The notes beneath the pieces were generated by a model. The model was not told the origin of the DNA. It did not search any database and saw only the letters and a list, made by a program, of their open reading frames with translations. From Planctomycetota bacterium (lineage in GTDB: Bacteria > Planctomycetota > UBA8108 > SXIK01), in contig OZ244999.1 of the NCBI GenBank assembly GCA_965223265.1, positions 6,656,001-6,720,000 on the forward strand: a DNA stretch of 64,000 nucleotides, in the 5' to 3' direction. This document shows positions 9,443 to 19,861 of this stretch, in pieces. How positions within the stretch are numbered: position 1 is the stretch's first letter; every line of letters starts with the position of its first letter. A program made the position numbers and the translations under genes.

Positions 9443-11011
9443 ATGACTTGGACACAATACGCTCTCATCGTCGGTGGCGTTCTCCTCGTGTTGCTGCTCG
9501 TTATCGTCATTTACGATCTCACCCAAAAGAAACACGCGATCTTGCGCAACTTTCCGATCATTGGGCATTTTCGCTATCTGCTCGAAATGATCGGACCCGA
9601 GCTGCGTCAATACATCGTCACAAGCAACAACGAGGAGCGCCCGTTCAGCCGAGACGAACGCACATGGGTCTACGCTTCAGCCAAGAAGCAGAACAACTAC
9701 TTCGGCTTCGGCACGGACAACGATCTAGAATCGTCTCCGAACCACCTGGTGATCAAGCACGCGACGCTCGCCAAACGCTCCCCGCGGCCAGGCGACGCAA
9801 ACTACGACCCGGATTACACGGTCCCTTGCGCCAAGGTTGTCGGAGCTTTTCGAAACAGGCGCGGCGCTTTTCGCCCGAACTCGATCGTCAACATATCCGG
9901 GATGAGCTTTGGATCGCTCAGCGGCCCGGCGATCGAAGCGCTCAATCGCGGTTCGAAGGCCGCCCGATGTCTCCACAACAGCGGTGAGGGCGGTATCTCG
10001 CCCTACCACCAGCACGGCGCAGACCTGGTCTGGCAGATCGGCACCGGTTACTTCGGTTGCCGCGACGCAGCCGGCAAGTTCAGTTTGGGGAAACTCAAGG
10101 ACGTTGTCGCGGCAAACCCAATTCGTGCCATAGAACTCAAGCTCAGCCAAGGTGCGAAACCAGGGATGGGAGGTGTACTTCCTGCCGCCAAGGTCACGCC
10201 CGAGATCGCGGCGATTCGAGGAATCCCGCGGGGGAAGGACTGCTTGAGCCCCGCGTGTCACGACGCTTTCGCAGACGTCGATGGACTTCTAGACTTCGTC
10301 GAAAGCATCGCCGAGGAGACGGGACTCCCTGTCGGAATCAAGTCTGCCGTTGGCAACCTCGACTTCTGGAAAGAGCTGGCGCGGTCGATGAAAGCAACAC
10401 AGCGAGGTGTCGACTTCATCGCGATCGATGGAGGCGAGGGTGGGACAGGAGCAGGCCCTCTCGTATTTACCGACCACGTGGCGCTGCCGTTCAAGCTCGC
10501 GTTCACGAGGGTCTACAAGATCTTCGCTCATGAAGGATTGACCGACCAAGTGGTCTTCATTGGATCCGGAAAGTTAGGATTTCCCGAAGAGACGCTCTTC
10601 GCGATCGCACTCGGATGCGACCTCATCAACGTCGGCCGTGAAGCGATGATGGCGATTGGCTGCATCCAAGCACAACGCTGCCACACCGGTCATTGCCCCA
10701 CCGGTGTCGCCACTCAATCGCCGTGGCTGATTCATGGTCTCGATCCCGACTACAAAGCCGCTCGCCTTGCGAACTATGTCGTGACTCTACGCAAGGAAGT
10801 GCTACTGCTCAGCCGTGCTTGCGGCGTGGACCATCCGGCGCTGCTGACGGCCGAGAACTTCGAGTTACTCGACGGCTGTTTTCTCGCCCGCAGCCCACGC
10901 GAGGTCTTCGGCTACGACCCGGGCTGGGGCGTTCCCAGCCGCGAGGATCGCGACGCGATTCGCGCGATCATGCAGCAAGCACCAGCGAGCCAGATTTCCG
11001 ATAACCAGTGA
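9443..11011 (+). CDS. FMN-binding glutamate synthase family protein (stand-alone, N-terminal TM)
   Basis: SGMSFGSLS, NSGEGG, ELKLSQGAKPG.GG.LP, DGGEGGTGA, [3Fe-4S] motif CIQAQRCHTGHCPTG. Confidence 0.92.
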   Translation: MTWTQYALIVGGVLLVLLLVIVIYDLTQKKHAILRNFPIIGHFRYLLEMIGPELRQYIVTSNNEERPFSRDERTWVYASAKKQNNYFGFGTDNDLESSPNHLVIKHATLAKRSPRPGDANYDPDYTVPCAKVVGAFRNRRGAFRPNSIVNISGMSFGSLSGPAIEALNRGSKAARCLHNSGEGGISPYHQHGADLVWQIGTGYFGCRDAAGKFSLGKLKDVVAANPIRAIELKLSQGAKPGMGGVLPAAKVTPEIAAIRGIPRGKDCLSPACHDAFADVDGLLDFVESIAEETGLPVGIKSAVGNLDFWKELARSMKATQRGVDFIAIDGGEGGTGAGPLVFTDHVALPFKLAFTRVYKIFAHEGLTDQVVFIGSGKLGFPEETLFAIALGCDLINVGREAMMAIGCIQAQRCHTGHCPTGVATQSPWLIHGLDPDYKAARLANYVVTLRKEVLLLSRACGVDHPALLTAENFELLDGCFLARSPREVFGYDPGWGVPSREDRDAIRAIMQQAPASQISDNQ

Positions 11012-11021
11012 GCCGACGATC

Positions 11022-11050
11022 TTGCGCGCGCACGGACGTCCCGTTACTAT
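11022..11050 (+). promoter_or_regulatory. Candidate sigma70 promoter for the DUF481 gene
   Basis: TTGCGC-N17-TACTAT; a 13-bp-stem hairpin (GTTTCGGTTCTTC/GAAGAGCCGAAAC) follows in the leader. Confidence 0.4.
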
Positions 11051-11180
11051 GTGCGTCCTTGGACGGCGGGAGAAAGTTGATGTTGGGCGCTCGGATCGCC
11101 GCAACGCTCCGTTCACTCGCAGGTTTCGGTTCTTCAGCCGAAGAGCCGAAACTCGGTTTCGCTCAAAGGAGTAACACCAC

Positions 11181-12305
11181 GTGAAGTCTACCCAGCCCAC
11201 CGTTCGTTTCAGGCACGGGCCGCCGCGCCCGAGGGTCGTTCTGACGATTTGCCTCTGTCTTGGTCTTAGTGTCGTCGGGCGCGCCCAAGACGAAGTCGAT
11301 CTGCAGCCGACGCCGGATCCACTTGGCACGACGCTCAAGCTTAAGGATGGCAGCGCGATCCGTGGCCAGATTCTCCAGATGACCGAGAACGATCTGAAGA
11401 TGCAGACGCAGTTTGGCGGCGAGGTGCCCGTCAATTGGTCCGAAGTCAGCCAGATGTTCTCGAAGCTCAAACTGCGCTTGCATCTGCAAGATGACTCGAT
11501 TCTCCACGGCACCGTCGAGGAGGGTGACGAAGACACGATTCACGTGCGCGTCGCCGACACCGACCAGTTGATCCCGGTGAAGCTCTCAGCGGTGAAAGCC
11601 ATCAACCCACCACCGGAGAAAGTCATCACCTACAAGGGCAACATAAACCTCGGTGCGACCATCACCGATGGCAACACCCAGACCAAGGCGGTTGCCGCCA
11701 ACGGCGAGTTTGTGGCGCGCAGCAAACGTCAGCGACTCACACTGCGTGCGGCAACCAACTACGCTGAAGATAGCGACGGCGTCACCGCGCGAAACTCACG
11801 CGGCAGTATCAAGTACGACTTCTTCTTAACGGAAAAGTGGTACCTGTTCGCAGGAGCGCTCTTCGAAGGGGACAGCTTTCAGGACTTAAATCTGCGAACA
11901 GCGCTGAGCGGTGGTGTTGGCTACCAGTTCCTTGACAAGGGCGAACTCGAGCATGCGGCTTTCAAGGGCCTCGAAGGCTATGCCGAAATCGGTTTAGCGT
12001 ACTTCAGTGAAGATTATGACACGACGCCTGACACCCAGTTCGTCTCCGGCAAGTGGGCACTCAAACTCGACTGGGAACTCAAACCAGACCAGATCACCGC
12101 CTTCCACTACCATGAAGGCTACCCTGGCTTCGAAGACCTCGAAGACCTGTACATTCTGACTGAGCAGGGCGTCCGCTTCACGCTGTACGGCAATTTCATC
12201 GCCACGATCCAGGTCAACTGGCGGTGGGACAACACACCCTCCAGCGGCTTCGAGCGTTCCGACACAATCTACCTCATCACGCTCGGCTACAACTTCGATC
12301 TGTAG
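11181..12305 (+). CDS. DUF481/YdiY-like outer-membrane beta-barrel with small N-terminal domains
   Basis: AAGGAG RBS; signal peptide; GNT, KYDFFLT..WY.F, D.FQDL.LR...GG.GYQF, C-terminal LGYNFDL. Confidence 0.85.
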   Translation: MKSTQPTVRFRHGPPRPRVVLTICLCLGLSVVGRAQDEVDLQPTPDPLGTTLKLKDGSAIRGQILQMTENDLKMQTQFGGEVPVNWSEVSQMFSKLKLRLHLQDDSILHGTVEEGDEDTIHVRVADTDQLIPVKLSAVKAINPPPEKVITYKGNINLGATITDGNTQTKAVAANGEFVARSKRQRLTLRAATNYAEDSDGVTARNSRGSIKYDFFLTEKWYLFAGALFEGDSFQDLNLRTALSGGVGYQFLDKGELEHAAFKGLEGYAEIGLAYFSEDYDTTPDTQFVSGKWALKLDWELKPDQITAFHYHEGYPGFEDLEDLYILTEQGVRFTLYGNFIATIQVNWRWDNTPSSGFERSDTIYLITLGYNFDL

Positions 12306-12329
12306 TCCTGAGTTGGCCGCAGCGCTCCC

Positions 12330-12917
12330 TCAAGTCCCCGACACTGGCTTGAGGGAGCACTCCGGCCCCGCCACGGTTTTCCGTGCTGCGATCCCCGCGA
12401 CCATTCGGTTTTCGTAGTCACCCTCGCGCTCCCGGAGAATCTCGAGCGGCGCGACGAGCCGCGGCAGTTCACCGCGCGCAAGCAAGAACCGCGGGTTCTT
12501 CGGGCGTCCTCGTCGGGCTTGCTCAACGGTAAACGTCTCGTAGAGCAGCACGCCGCGGTGCCGAAGAGCACGCATCAGCGCGGAGAAGAGCGGCCTGTGG
12601 AGGTAGTGGAAGACTGCGATGACGTCGTAGACGTCGGAACCAAGATCGACGCCCTCAGCCTCGAGGTCGAACACCCGCGCGGCAATTGGCAAACGCGCAG
12701 CACTCGCGCGCTCGCCGAGACTCCTTATCTTCTCGTTGTCTATGTCGAGCGCGTCGACATGCAAACCGTGCCGAGCGAGAAAAAGCGCGTTGCGGCCGTC
12801 ACCACACGCAATGTCCAGGGCGCGACCCGTCGACGGAAGCAGATCAGCGTTGGAAGTCAACCAATGCGCGGCTACGCCCAGTGACCGAGCCTCGCCGGCA
12901 GAATCCATCTCGCGCAT
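12330..12917 (-). CDS. Class I SAM-dependent methyltransferase (TehB-like)
   Basis: ALDIACGDGRNALFLA..G..V.ALD, YDVIAVFHYL.R, G.LLYETF. Confidence 0.85.
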   Translation of the reverse strand: MREMDSAGEARSLGVAAHWLTSNADLLPSTGRALDIACGDGRNALFLARHGLHVDALDIDNEKIRSLGERASAARLPIAARVFDLEAEGVDLGSDVYDVIAVFHYLHRPLFSALMRALRHRGVLLYETFTVEQARRGRPKNPRFLLARGELPRLVAPLEILREREGDYENRMVAGIAARKTVAGPECSLKPVSGT

Positions 12918-13001
12918 CGGTGGGTTGTCTGTCGTGTGCTATGTGCTAAACGTCGTCTCTACCCGCCCGGTGGCGACGACGCAACGTCGCCACAAAACAC
13001 A

Positions 13002-13703
13002 TCACTCCTCTGGACTCGCAGCATTTCGGCGGGCTTCGATGAACAGCTTTCCGTCCCGGACCTCCACGCGTTCCAGACGACGGAGTATTTCGGCCTGCTC
13101 GGCGTCTTCGTACAGCTTCGCGGCAAGATTCTTTGTTCTCATCTCGGAGAGAAACTCATCAGGCACGACCTTGCCGCCGGCTTCGAGATCCATCAAGCGA
13201 ACGATCAAGCCACCGTTTTCGAGCGACACATCGAACGAGGCTTCTCCGTTGACATAGCGTCCTTCGAGAAAATCAAATTTGACATAGTCGGACGCCAATA
13301 CGCTGATCTTGGCGGTCACTTGACCATCCTTCAGGTCAACGTAAGCCTGGTCTTTGAGTGGTGAATCGGGGTGGCTCTGAATCAACGCGTTCAGTTCATC
13401 GGCGCTCAGTTCCAGGCTATGGACGTCCGACTCCTCGCCTTGTATGGTCGCGTAGAATCTCTCCCATTCGCTGGTGACCCGCTCTACGTCGGCATCAGGT
13501 AGCTCAACCTGCGGCAGCGGGCGGGGCTCAGTCTCAGTGTAGTCAAGCACCATGGACTGAAACTTACGAAAGAGAAAGTAACCGCCGACGCCGATCCCGA
13601 TGCCGATGATCACGAGCGTCAGACAGCCGTAAAAGAAACAGCCGCGCCCCTGTTTTGCCGGCCGGTGGGCCTCCGAGCTCTCGTACGGATCGACACCGCT
13701 CAT
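13002..13703 (-). CDS. Hypothetical membrane-anchored protein
   Basis: N-terminal GCFFYGCL + TM helix; LELSADELNALI; AAGGA RBS. Confidence 0.75.
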   Translation of the reverse strand: MSGVDPYESSEAHRPAKQGRGCFFYGCLTLVIIGIGIGVGGYFLFRKFQSMVLDYTETEPRPLPQVELPDADVERVTSEWERFYATIQGEESDVHSLELSADELNALIQSHPDSPLKDQAYVDLKDGQVTAKISVLASDYVKFDFLEGRYVNGEASFDVSLENGGLIVRLMDLEAGGKVVPDEFLSEMRTKNLAAKLYEDAEQAEILRRLERVEVRDGKLFIEARRNAASPEE

Positions 13704-13900
13704 AAGTCACGCTCATCCTTGTTCAGGCTTGATCATTCCCTCAACACGCATTTCAAATCAACCACAGCATACCCTCGGGACAGGCGGGTGAAAAGAGACG
13801 GTCTCCTGCCTTCATGCCCTCAACGCAGACGTGGCCCCGAGCGTCGCAACAGGTGGCACCACAACGTCAGTGCGGCTACAATCTGCGTTTCGGCTATTGA

Positions 13901-13998
13901 GGGAGTGAACGGGTACCTGGTGGTCCCCCGGGACTTCAAATCCTTGGTGCCGCGCGAACAACGCGGTAGGTGGGTTCGATTCCCATGCACTCCCGCCA
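13901..13998 (+). tRNA. selC: tRNA-Sec (anticodon UCA)
   Basis: GGGAGTG/CACTCCC acceptor + GCCA, extended D stem, CTTCAAA anticodon loop, long variable arm TGCCGCG/CGCGGTA, GTGGG-TTCGATT-CCCAT T arm; 98 nt. Confidence 0.95.
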
Positions 13999-14261
13999 GT
14001 TTTTTCTCCTTGGCATTCCGGCTGCGGACACCTCCTCGGCGCAGCCGCTCCTCACGGCTCCTATTCGTCACGGCTTGACGTAGTCGGCAGCAGGGATATG
14101 CCTTGTCGCCCCGGTCGCGATCGATCGCGATTTTATCAAACGACGCCGATTCACGGGCAGACAGCGACCGAGGTAGCGTTCCCTTTGTTGTGAGCGTTCA
14201 CGGGCTAACCGAACGCTCGGAGCGTCCTTCGGCACTTGTCGTTCACAAGGGGGAAACCGTC

Positions 14262-15146
14262 ATGAAAACAAACTCAGTCGCCAGCAACGATCGCTCGCAG
14301 ACATCTCGGATCCATGAAAGGACCCAACGTGTAACCGCGCTCAGCCTCGCCTTGGTCGCCCTCACCATCGGCGGTGTCATCGGTCGGCCGCTCGACGCAC
14401 AGTTCGATGACATTGCCTACCTGCTGCCGCCATTGCCTAACATCGAGGCGAAATTCGAGCGAGGCGACGCCAACTCCGACGGCGAAACCGACATCGCCGA
14501 TGCTCTTTTCACACTCAACTACCTTTTCACCACCGACAGTCCAGCGCCCAAGTGCTTCGATGCGGCAGATGCGAATGACGATGGTGCGGTCGATATCTCG
14601 GACCCTCTCGCCACGCTTGGATCCCTGTTCGTCGGAGACTTGACGCTACCGCCTCCGGTCGGCGGTTGCGGACTCGACCCGACCCCGGACTCGCTCTTCT
14701 GCGCGCCGCCGAGCCCGTGCTCGTCCGGTGGCTGTGCCGACCTCGAGGTCAGCGGAGTCATCGTCCGAATTCGGGAGTGTCGCGAAGACTCCGCCACGAT
14801 CCGCATCACGGCTGACGTGTTCAACAACGGCAGCGCTGCCTATCGTTCGAGCCCTGGACAGCAGGTCCTCTTCCTTTACGAACTCGTGGCGGGCACGACA
14901 CCACGCGTCGTCGCAGAAGCGGCATTCACCAACCTCAGCGTTGGGGCGAGTGTCGAGGTCGTCTATGAGCGTCTCTGGCCGCTACCCGGCCCCCCACCAA
15001 GCCACTCATACAAGGCCGTGCTTGTTCTTGACCCTGACATCCTGTTCGACGAGAACCCGGAGAACGATCAGTGTCCCGACGCAGGCCCGCCGAGCGCCAG
15101 CATCGGACCCAACGAAATCCACGAAGCCGTCCTGGAGTCCTGTTAG
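14262..15146 (+). CDS. Secreted protein with planctomycete-type dockerin (paired EF-hand) domain and C-terminal Ig/CARDB-like domain
   Basis: FERGDANSDGETDIAD...L.YLF...C.DAADANDDG.VDISD...L..LF...CG.DPT.D.L.C; then ADLEV...ITADVFNNGS. Confidence 0.8.
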   Translation: MKTNSVASNDRSQTSRIHERTQRVTALSLALVALTIGGVIGRPLDAQFDDIAYLLPPLPNIEAKFERGDANSDGETDIADALFTLNYLFTTDSPAPKCFDAADANDDGAVDISDPLATLGSLFVGDLTLPPPVGGCGLDPTPDSLFCAPPSPCSSGGCADLEVSGVIVRIRECREDSATIRITADVFNNGSAAYRSSPGQQVLFLYELVAGTTPRVVAEAAFTNLSVGASVEVVYERLWPLPGPPPSHSYKAVLVLDPDILFDENPENDQCPDAGPPSASIGPNEIHEAVLESC

Positions 15147-15210
15147 ACGACGTCAAGCGAGGTCGACATAAAGAGCAGAGTGCGCCTCGGCGCGCCCTGC
15201 TCTTTCGTGT

Positions 15211-16598
15211 CTACCGACACGTCTCCGTCTCTGACTCCGCCTCTGACCGCATCGCTTGAGTCCATTCGGCAGAATGAACGATCAGTGCGCGAGCCGTCTC
15301 CGGCCAGAGATTCGGGTACTCCGCTTGGACGATTGCCGCGAGCCGAGCCGCCTGCGCTGTCGCCGCGCTGGTCGCCCACATCTCGGTCCAGAGCCGTGAA
15401 GCGATTTGATGACTCGTCGAGATCAAACAGAGACTTCCGGGGTGCGCGGTCTCCTTCTTCGGCGGAAGTCTTTCGCATCCCATGAGGGATCGTAGACGTG
15501 GGTGTCAGCCGGGGACAAGAACTGGTGGAGTAAGGGGTGCTCCGCGTTGACTCCAGTATCCAACAGACAGACCGCCGGGGCGTCATCGGGCGGCGCAGGT
15601 CCAGTCCGATCGGCGATTGCCCTTGTCAACTCGGACTGCTCTCGCGCACTCATGTCGAGAAACGACTGGGGACTGGGCCGGGCAGATCGCAACTCCGCGA
15701 TGTCACCAACCGAGTCGAGCGCCGATGCGAGCCGGGCTGGAGAACTGTAGGTCAGCAGGACGGTTCGTTCAGGGAACAACAGCGGCGTGTCGAGGCGAAC
15801 TTGAATCCCGACTTGAGCGGCGAACTCACGGAACCTGTCGAGTTCGTTCCCCGACTCCGAGTCGCGGCAGAGCCACACTTCCCACCAGATCTCCTGCTCC
15901 GTCGCTGGGAAGCTGCTCGGGTCGTCCGTCCAGAGCGATCGAAGATCCGCCTCGCCGACGGTCTCGATCGGCCTGGCCAAATCTTCGTTGGACGGTCGCC
16001 CGGACTTCGTGTCGGTCGTCTGGTAGCGATCGAACTTGTTCAGGAACTGCGTGACTGCCTTCTCCGGCATGAAGACTGCCGCCTTCTCGACGTTGCCTTC
16101 TCGTTTGATCGACAAGACCGTCGCTCCATGGGTACGCAAGCGCTCAACCGGCAACAGTGTGTCGCCAGCCAGAGCAGCGGCCGACATCGTCTTGCCCGTT
16201 CCTGGAGGCCCGACCAACAGCAACTTCCGGCACGGAGCGAGCCCGAACTCTTCCAGCTTGTGACGCTGGCCCAGCTCGGAGAGGACATGGTTGAGCCGGT
16301 CGCGAACGGTCCCTTCCAAAACCATTTCGCCAAGACGAGTCGCGGGGTATGCCACGCTCATCAACCCAGCGAGTTCTCCGCGAGGCTGCGAGATCGGAAC
16401 GGTCTTCTGCGGGGTCGTGGGCGGCCGACCGAGCCGCTCCCTGGCTTGGTCGATCAGTTCCCGAAGCTCTTTGGCGAAACGGCCATGCCCAGATCGGGCC
16501 TCTTGGGCGGCGAGCTGCATCGCGACCGAGAAAAATCGCGCGTCGTCGCCGTCCGCGTGACTCTCCACGAGAGCTTTGATCTGCTTCGCTGTGGCCAT
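15211..16598 (-). pseudogene. Internally deleted AAA-ATPase + S8 serine peptidase pair (IetAS-like)
   Basis: GAGGAGG RBS + MATAKQIKAL...GPPGTGKT, no Walker B; fused in frame to S8 N-part (LWTDD, WWEVWL, VCLLDTGVN..HPLL); catalytic His region missing; ATSAATAQAARLAA...YP.LWPET.RALIVHSAEW in another frame. Confidence 0.85.
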
Positions 16599-16876
16599 CC
16601 GTACCTCCTCCCAAGCGACTTCTGTCATGCTACCTTGTCGGGGATGGTGCCGACAGCGGTTTTGGCCAGTCAGCCAGCGGTGACATGGGTAGCCACGGTT
16701 GCCTCGACGCTGACAAATCACCCGTGCAGTGCTGCCGGTAATCATCGTCGGGCGCAACATGCTCGTTGCGCGCTACGTCGTAACGCATCGTGGTTGAATA
16801 ACCTCCTGCTGGTCGCGTCGAACCCAGTGTGTCCCGTCGGTTCCTTGAGTGCCGTTGAAGAGGTTCGGATCCGGAC

Positions 16877-18640
16877 GTGCGAAACAGAAGGGGAAAGCTC
16901 GCAGCTCTGTCTGGCGCTTCGTGCGTCGCGGTGATCCTCGCGCTCGGCCTGCTCGTCTGGGAAGACCTCGCCTGCCGGTACTATCTGTTTCGCGTCAGGC
17001 AGGACGTGACCTACTTGGAGACGTTGTACAACCATCGGGGGCGATCGTCGGTTCAGAAAGCGATCCAGGAGTTCACCAGGGAACCGACCGCCGAGGAAGC
17101 CTGGCTGGGCGTGCTCGTCGAGCGAGAGCAGGGCGAGAAGCGGCTCGATACCATTCAGCGTCTGGGCGCGCTCGACTCTGCTGGAGCCGTCAAGACGCTC
17201 TCGACGTTGCTGCCGGACGATCAGGATCAGGAGACAATCTTCGCTGCTACGGCGGCTCTCGTGGAATGCGGTCCAACCGCGATTCCGGCTTTGTGGCAGT
17301 CTCTTCGACAAAGCGGCGAGGACGCGGTCTTCCTGAGATTGCAGGCGATCTCAAGCAAGGGTCTCAAGGCGGTGATCGTACTTCGCGACCTGCTTGGTCA
17401 TCCCAGAACAGATGTTCGTTCATCGGCGGCTGAGAGCTTGGGTGAACTCGGGCGAGTCGCTTCCTCGGCAGCACCGGACCTGCTGATCGCGCTGAAGGAC
17501 CCGCACAACTACGTTCGGGAGGAAGCCGCGACAGCGCTCGGAGAATTAGGAGTCGTGTCCGATCAGATTGTCTCTGCGTTGTGCACCAGTGCCGTGGACG
17601 ACGACCTGAACGTCTCGATGGATTCCTGCGAAGCCTTGTCCAAGCTCGGTCCCGAGGCAGTGCACAATGCCGTGCCGTTTCTCCGCACACTCCTGACTGA
17701 AGGCGACCATGAGGTTCAGGCGAAAGCAGCCTACGCCTGCGCCGATCTCGGTCCGTGGGTTTCCTCCCAGGTTGTCGATGAACTCGTTCCGCTCCTACGA
17801 GTCAGGGACGATGAGGTACGCTGGAATACCCTCTACGCAATCACCCAAGCAGGGACGAGCGCAGCCTCAGCCGTACCTGAATTGGTTCCTCTTCTGGATG
17901 ACGACGACGAGGCGGTCGCGGACGTTGTCGAAGCGCTCGCTGCGATCGGCACGGCGTCCGTGCCGGCACTGCGAGAGGCTACGGGAAGTGACCGTGTACG
18001 CCTGCGGTCGAACGCCGTCGATGCCTTGGGAAAGATCGGGCGGGAAGCGAACGCAGCAATCCCGAATCTCCTCAACCTAATCAAACAAGACCCGTCCCCG
18101 CAGGTTCGAGCTGGGGCAGCACTCAGCCTCGGGTCCATCGGAGTCGATCCCAGTTCATGCATCCCTCGTCTGCTCGAAGCCCTGAAGGACGGCGATCCGC
18201 AGGTACGTCTTGGAGCGACGACAAGCCTGAGCCTGTTCGGAGATAGTGGGCTCCCCTTCGTCTGCGACGCACTCCTTCACGAAGACGAGAGCGTGCGGCT
18301 GATTGCGGTCACGTCGCTGGGCGAGTTCGGACCGAAAGCAGAAACCGCCGTCCCGAGACTGACTGACCTCATCGAGAGCGAGCCGAATTCCCTAACCCGC
18401 AGCCTCGCCGTCGTGACCCTGGGTAAGATCGGACCGGGAGCCGCAACGGCGGTTCCTGCCCTACTGAGGATGTCCGAGGGCAGTGACTACCACGCCAGAA
18501 GCTGGGTATTGGAGGCTCTGGGAAGAATCGGACCAAAGGCACACTCGGCGATTCCGACGTTGACTGCTGCGCTCGGTGACAAAAGTAACCTGGTGCGAAA
18601 AGCAGCCAAGAAAGCGCTCGAAAGAGTTCAAGCGCCCTAA
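16877..18640 (+). CDS. Membrane-anchored HEAT-repeat (PBS lyase-like) protein
   Basis: N-terminal TM; about a dozen repeats of A.P.L...L.D....VR..AA.ALG.IG. Confidence 0.9.
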   Translation: MRNRRGKLAALSGASCVAVILALGLLVWEDLACRYYLFRVRQDVTYLETLYNHRGRSSVQKAIQEFTREPTAEEAWLGVLVEREQGEKRLDTIQRLGALDSAGAVKTLSTLLPDDQDQETIFAATAALVECGPTAIPALWQSLRQSGEDAVFLRLQAISSKGLKAVIVLRDLLGHPRTDVRSSAAESLGELGRVASSAAPDLLIALKDPHNYVREEAATALGELGVVSDQIVSALCTSAVDDDLNVSMDSCEALSKLGPEAVHNAVPFLRTLLTEGDHEVQAKAAYACADLGPWVSSQVVDELVPLLRVRDDEVRWNTLYAITQAGTSAASAVPELVPLLDDDDEAVADVVEALAAIGTASVPALREATGSDRVRLRSNAVDALGKIGREANAAIPNLLNLIKQDPSPQVRAGAALSLGSIGVDPSSCIPRLLEALKDGDPQVRLGATTSLSLFGDSGLPFVCDALLHEDESVRLIAVTSLGEFGPKAETAVPRLTDLIESEPNSLTRSLAVVTLGKIGPGAATAVPALLRMSEGSDYHARSWVLEALGRIGPKAHSAIPTLTAALGDKSNLVRKAAKKALERVQAP

Positions 18641-18675
18641 GTGAACGGTTCGGAGAGGACACGACGGCACTTCCG

Positions 18676-19320
18676 TCACCTGAGCGGTCCGTCCATAGCG
18701 TCAGCGGGGAGCCGGTGAACAAGTGACTTCCGAGCGCGGCGAACTCGCACAACACCGAGGACAACGCCGACGAAGAGTCCAGTGTAGAGCCCCGTGTGAA
18801 TGCCCCAGGCAACGACGAAGGCGTTGGCTTGATCCCGTCCCACGGGCACCTCGATCAGCGGAGCAACCGAACCCGCAGCGCCCAGAGACAGCGAGGTGCC
18901 TGCTACCAACCCGCCAATCGCCGCCGACGCCAGTGGAATGAACGCAAGACGCGAGAGCATTTGATAGGGAATCGCGGGAAGTCCTTTGCACGGGTTGTTG
19001 GCGACGAGACAACACATCGCGGCAACAGCACCTGCGAGGAAGCCGGCGTGTGCTCCGAGCAGTAGAACCCGTGACGCAAAGCCGTCACCATCTTGCACGC
19101 CTTTGCCGATCGTAAAGTACTCCGGCGAAATCCGTGGAGTCACCGCATCCGTTGACATGCCGATGATCGCGCCGAGTGTTGCACAGACGACGAGGAACAC
19201 GTACTCCCGCCATCGAGTCGCCTTTTTCCCGTTTCGCAGAAAGTCGAAAGCACCCAGGACGAAGAGGACTACGAGCAGGATGAGAAGGCGGTAGACGAAG
19301 GGGATGCCATAGAACTCCAT
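18676..19320 (-). CDS. Hypothetical integral membrane protein
   Basis: 214 aa, about 5 hydrophobic helices, conserved-looking T..ISPEYF..GKG and WGIH.G.Y.G. Confidence 0.75.
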   Translation of the reverse strand: MEFYGIPFVYRLLILLVVLFVLGAFDFLRNGKKATRWREYVFLVVCATLGAIIGMSTDAVTPRISPEYFTIGKGVQDGDGFASRVLLLGAHAGFLAGAVAAMCCLVANNPCKGLPAIPYQMLSRLAFIPLASAAIGGLVAGTSLSLGAAGSVAPLIEVPVGRDQANAFVVAWGIHTGLYTGLFVGVVLGVVRVRRARKSLVHRLPADAMDGPLR

Positions 19321-19472
19321 GTGGGTATCGTAGTTCGCTGGAGCACGGAGTGCACAGGAGAGCGAAACTGAAGTGCACCAGATGTGGTCCCTCGCTTCGC
19401 CTTCGCCGTTGTACTCCTCGCCCTAAACCCTTACCATTCCCGCCGGAAGCCAGATGAAGGCTGTGAACCGAG

Positions 19473-19541
19473 CGGGACTTCAAATCCTTGGTGCCGCGCG
19501 AGGTGGGTTCGATTCCCATGCACTCCCGCCAGTTTTTTCTC
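19473..19541 (+). repeat. att-type direct repeat: 3' fragment of tRNA-Sec with 11-nt deletion
   Basis: CGGGACTTCAAATCCTTGGTGCCGCGCG[del AACAACGCGGT]AGGTGGGTTCGATTCCCATGCACTCCCGCCAGTTTTTTCTC. Confidence 0.92.
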
Positions 19542-19861
19542 TCGGGTGATCGGACTGTAAGCATCACAGGTCGCGGGATTTGTTCCCCGTCGGCCCACCA
19601 GGTGGCGGTTCACGGTTGAGACACAGCTGGACTCGGTTTCTCCGTTGTCGAGGTTTTCACACCTCGATGTGGTCCCTCCGCAGGAAGAGTCGTGGCGAAG
19701 CCGCACAGTATCGTGGCGATCGACGCGATCGATCGAAACTACCCGATCGACCCGCCACAACCGAGCTCAACGATCTACTCCATCGCGTGAGATTGAAGAT
19801 GACACAGCCATACATGCCACCACGAGTCGAGACGCGGCTGAAGTAGGGAGGCGTATGCTCC

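Larger units (their letters stand above)
13999..19541. mobile_element. Decayed genomic island integrated in tRNA-Sec (no integrase left)
   Basis: Bounded by intact selC and a direct repeat of its 3' two-thirds at 19473-19541; contains a pseudogenised ATPase/protease pair. Confidence 0.7.

Noticed and set aside
12330-12917. Selenium-detoxification link between the TehB-like methyltransferase and selC
   Set aside because: Only proximity (about 1 kb, with an unrelated gene in between); no selA, selB or selD in the window
19347-19531. Second functional tRNA-Sec or tRNA-like RNA, using GGAGTGC (19347) to pair with the acceptor strand GCACTCC
   Set aside because: No D arm, about 120 nt of unrelated sequence in between, C-C mismatch at position 1 and a broken variable arm; better explained as an att repeat with chance complementarity
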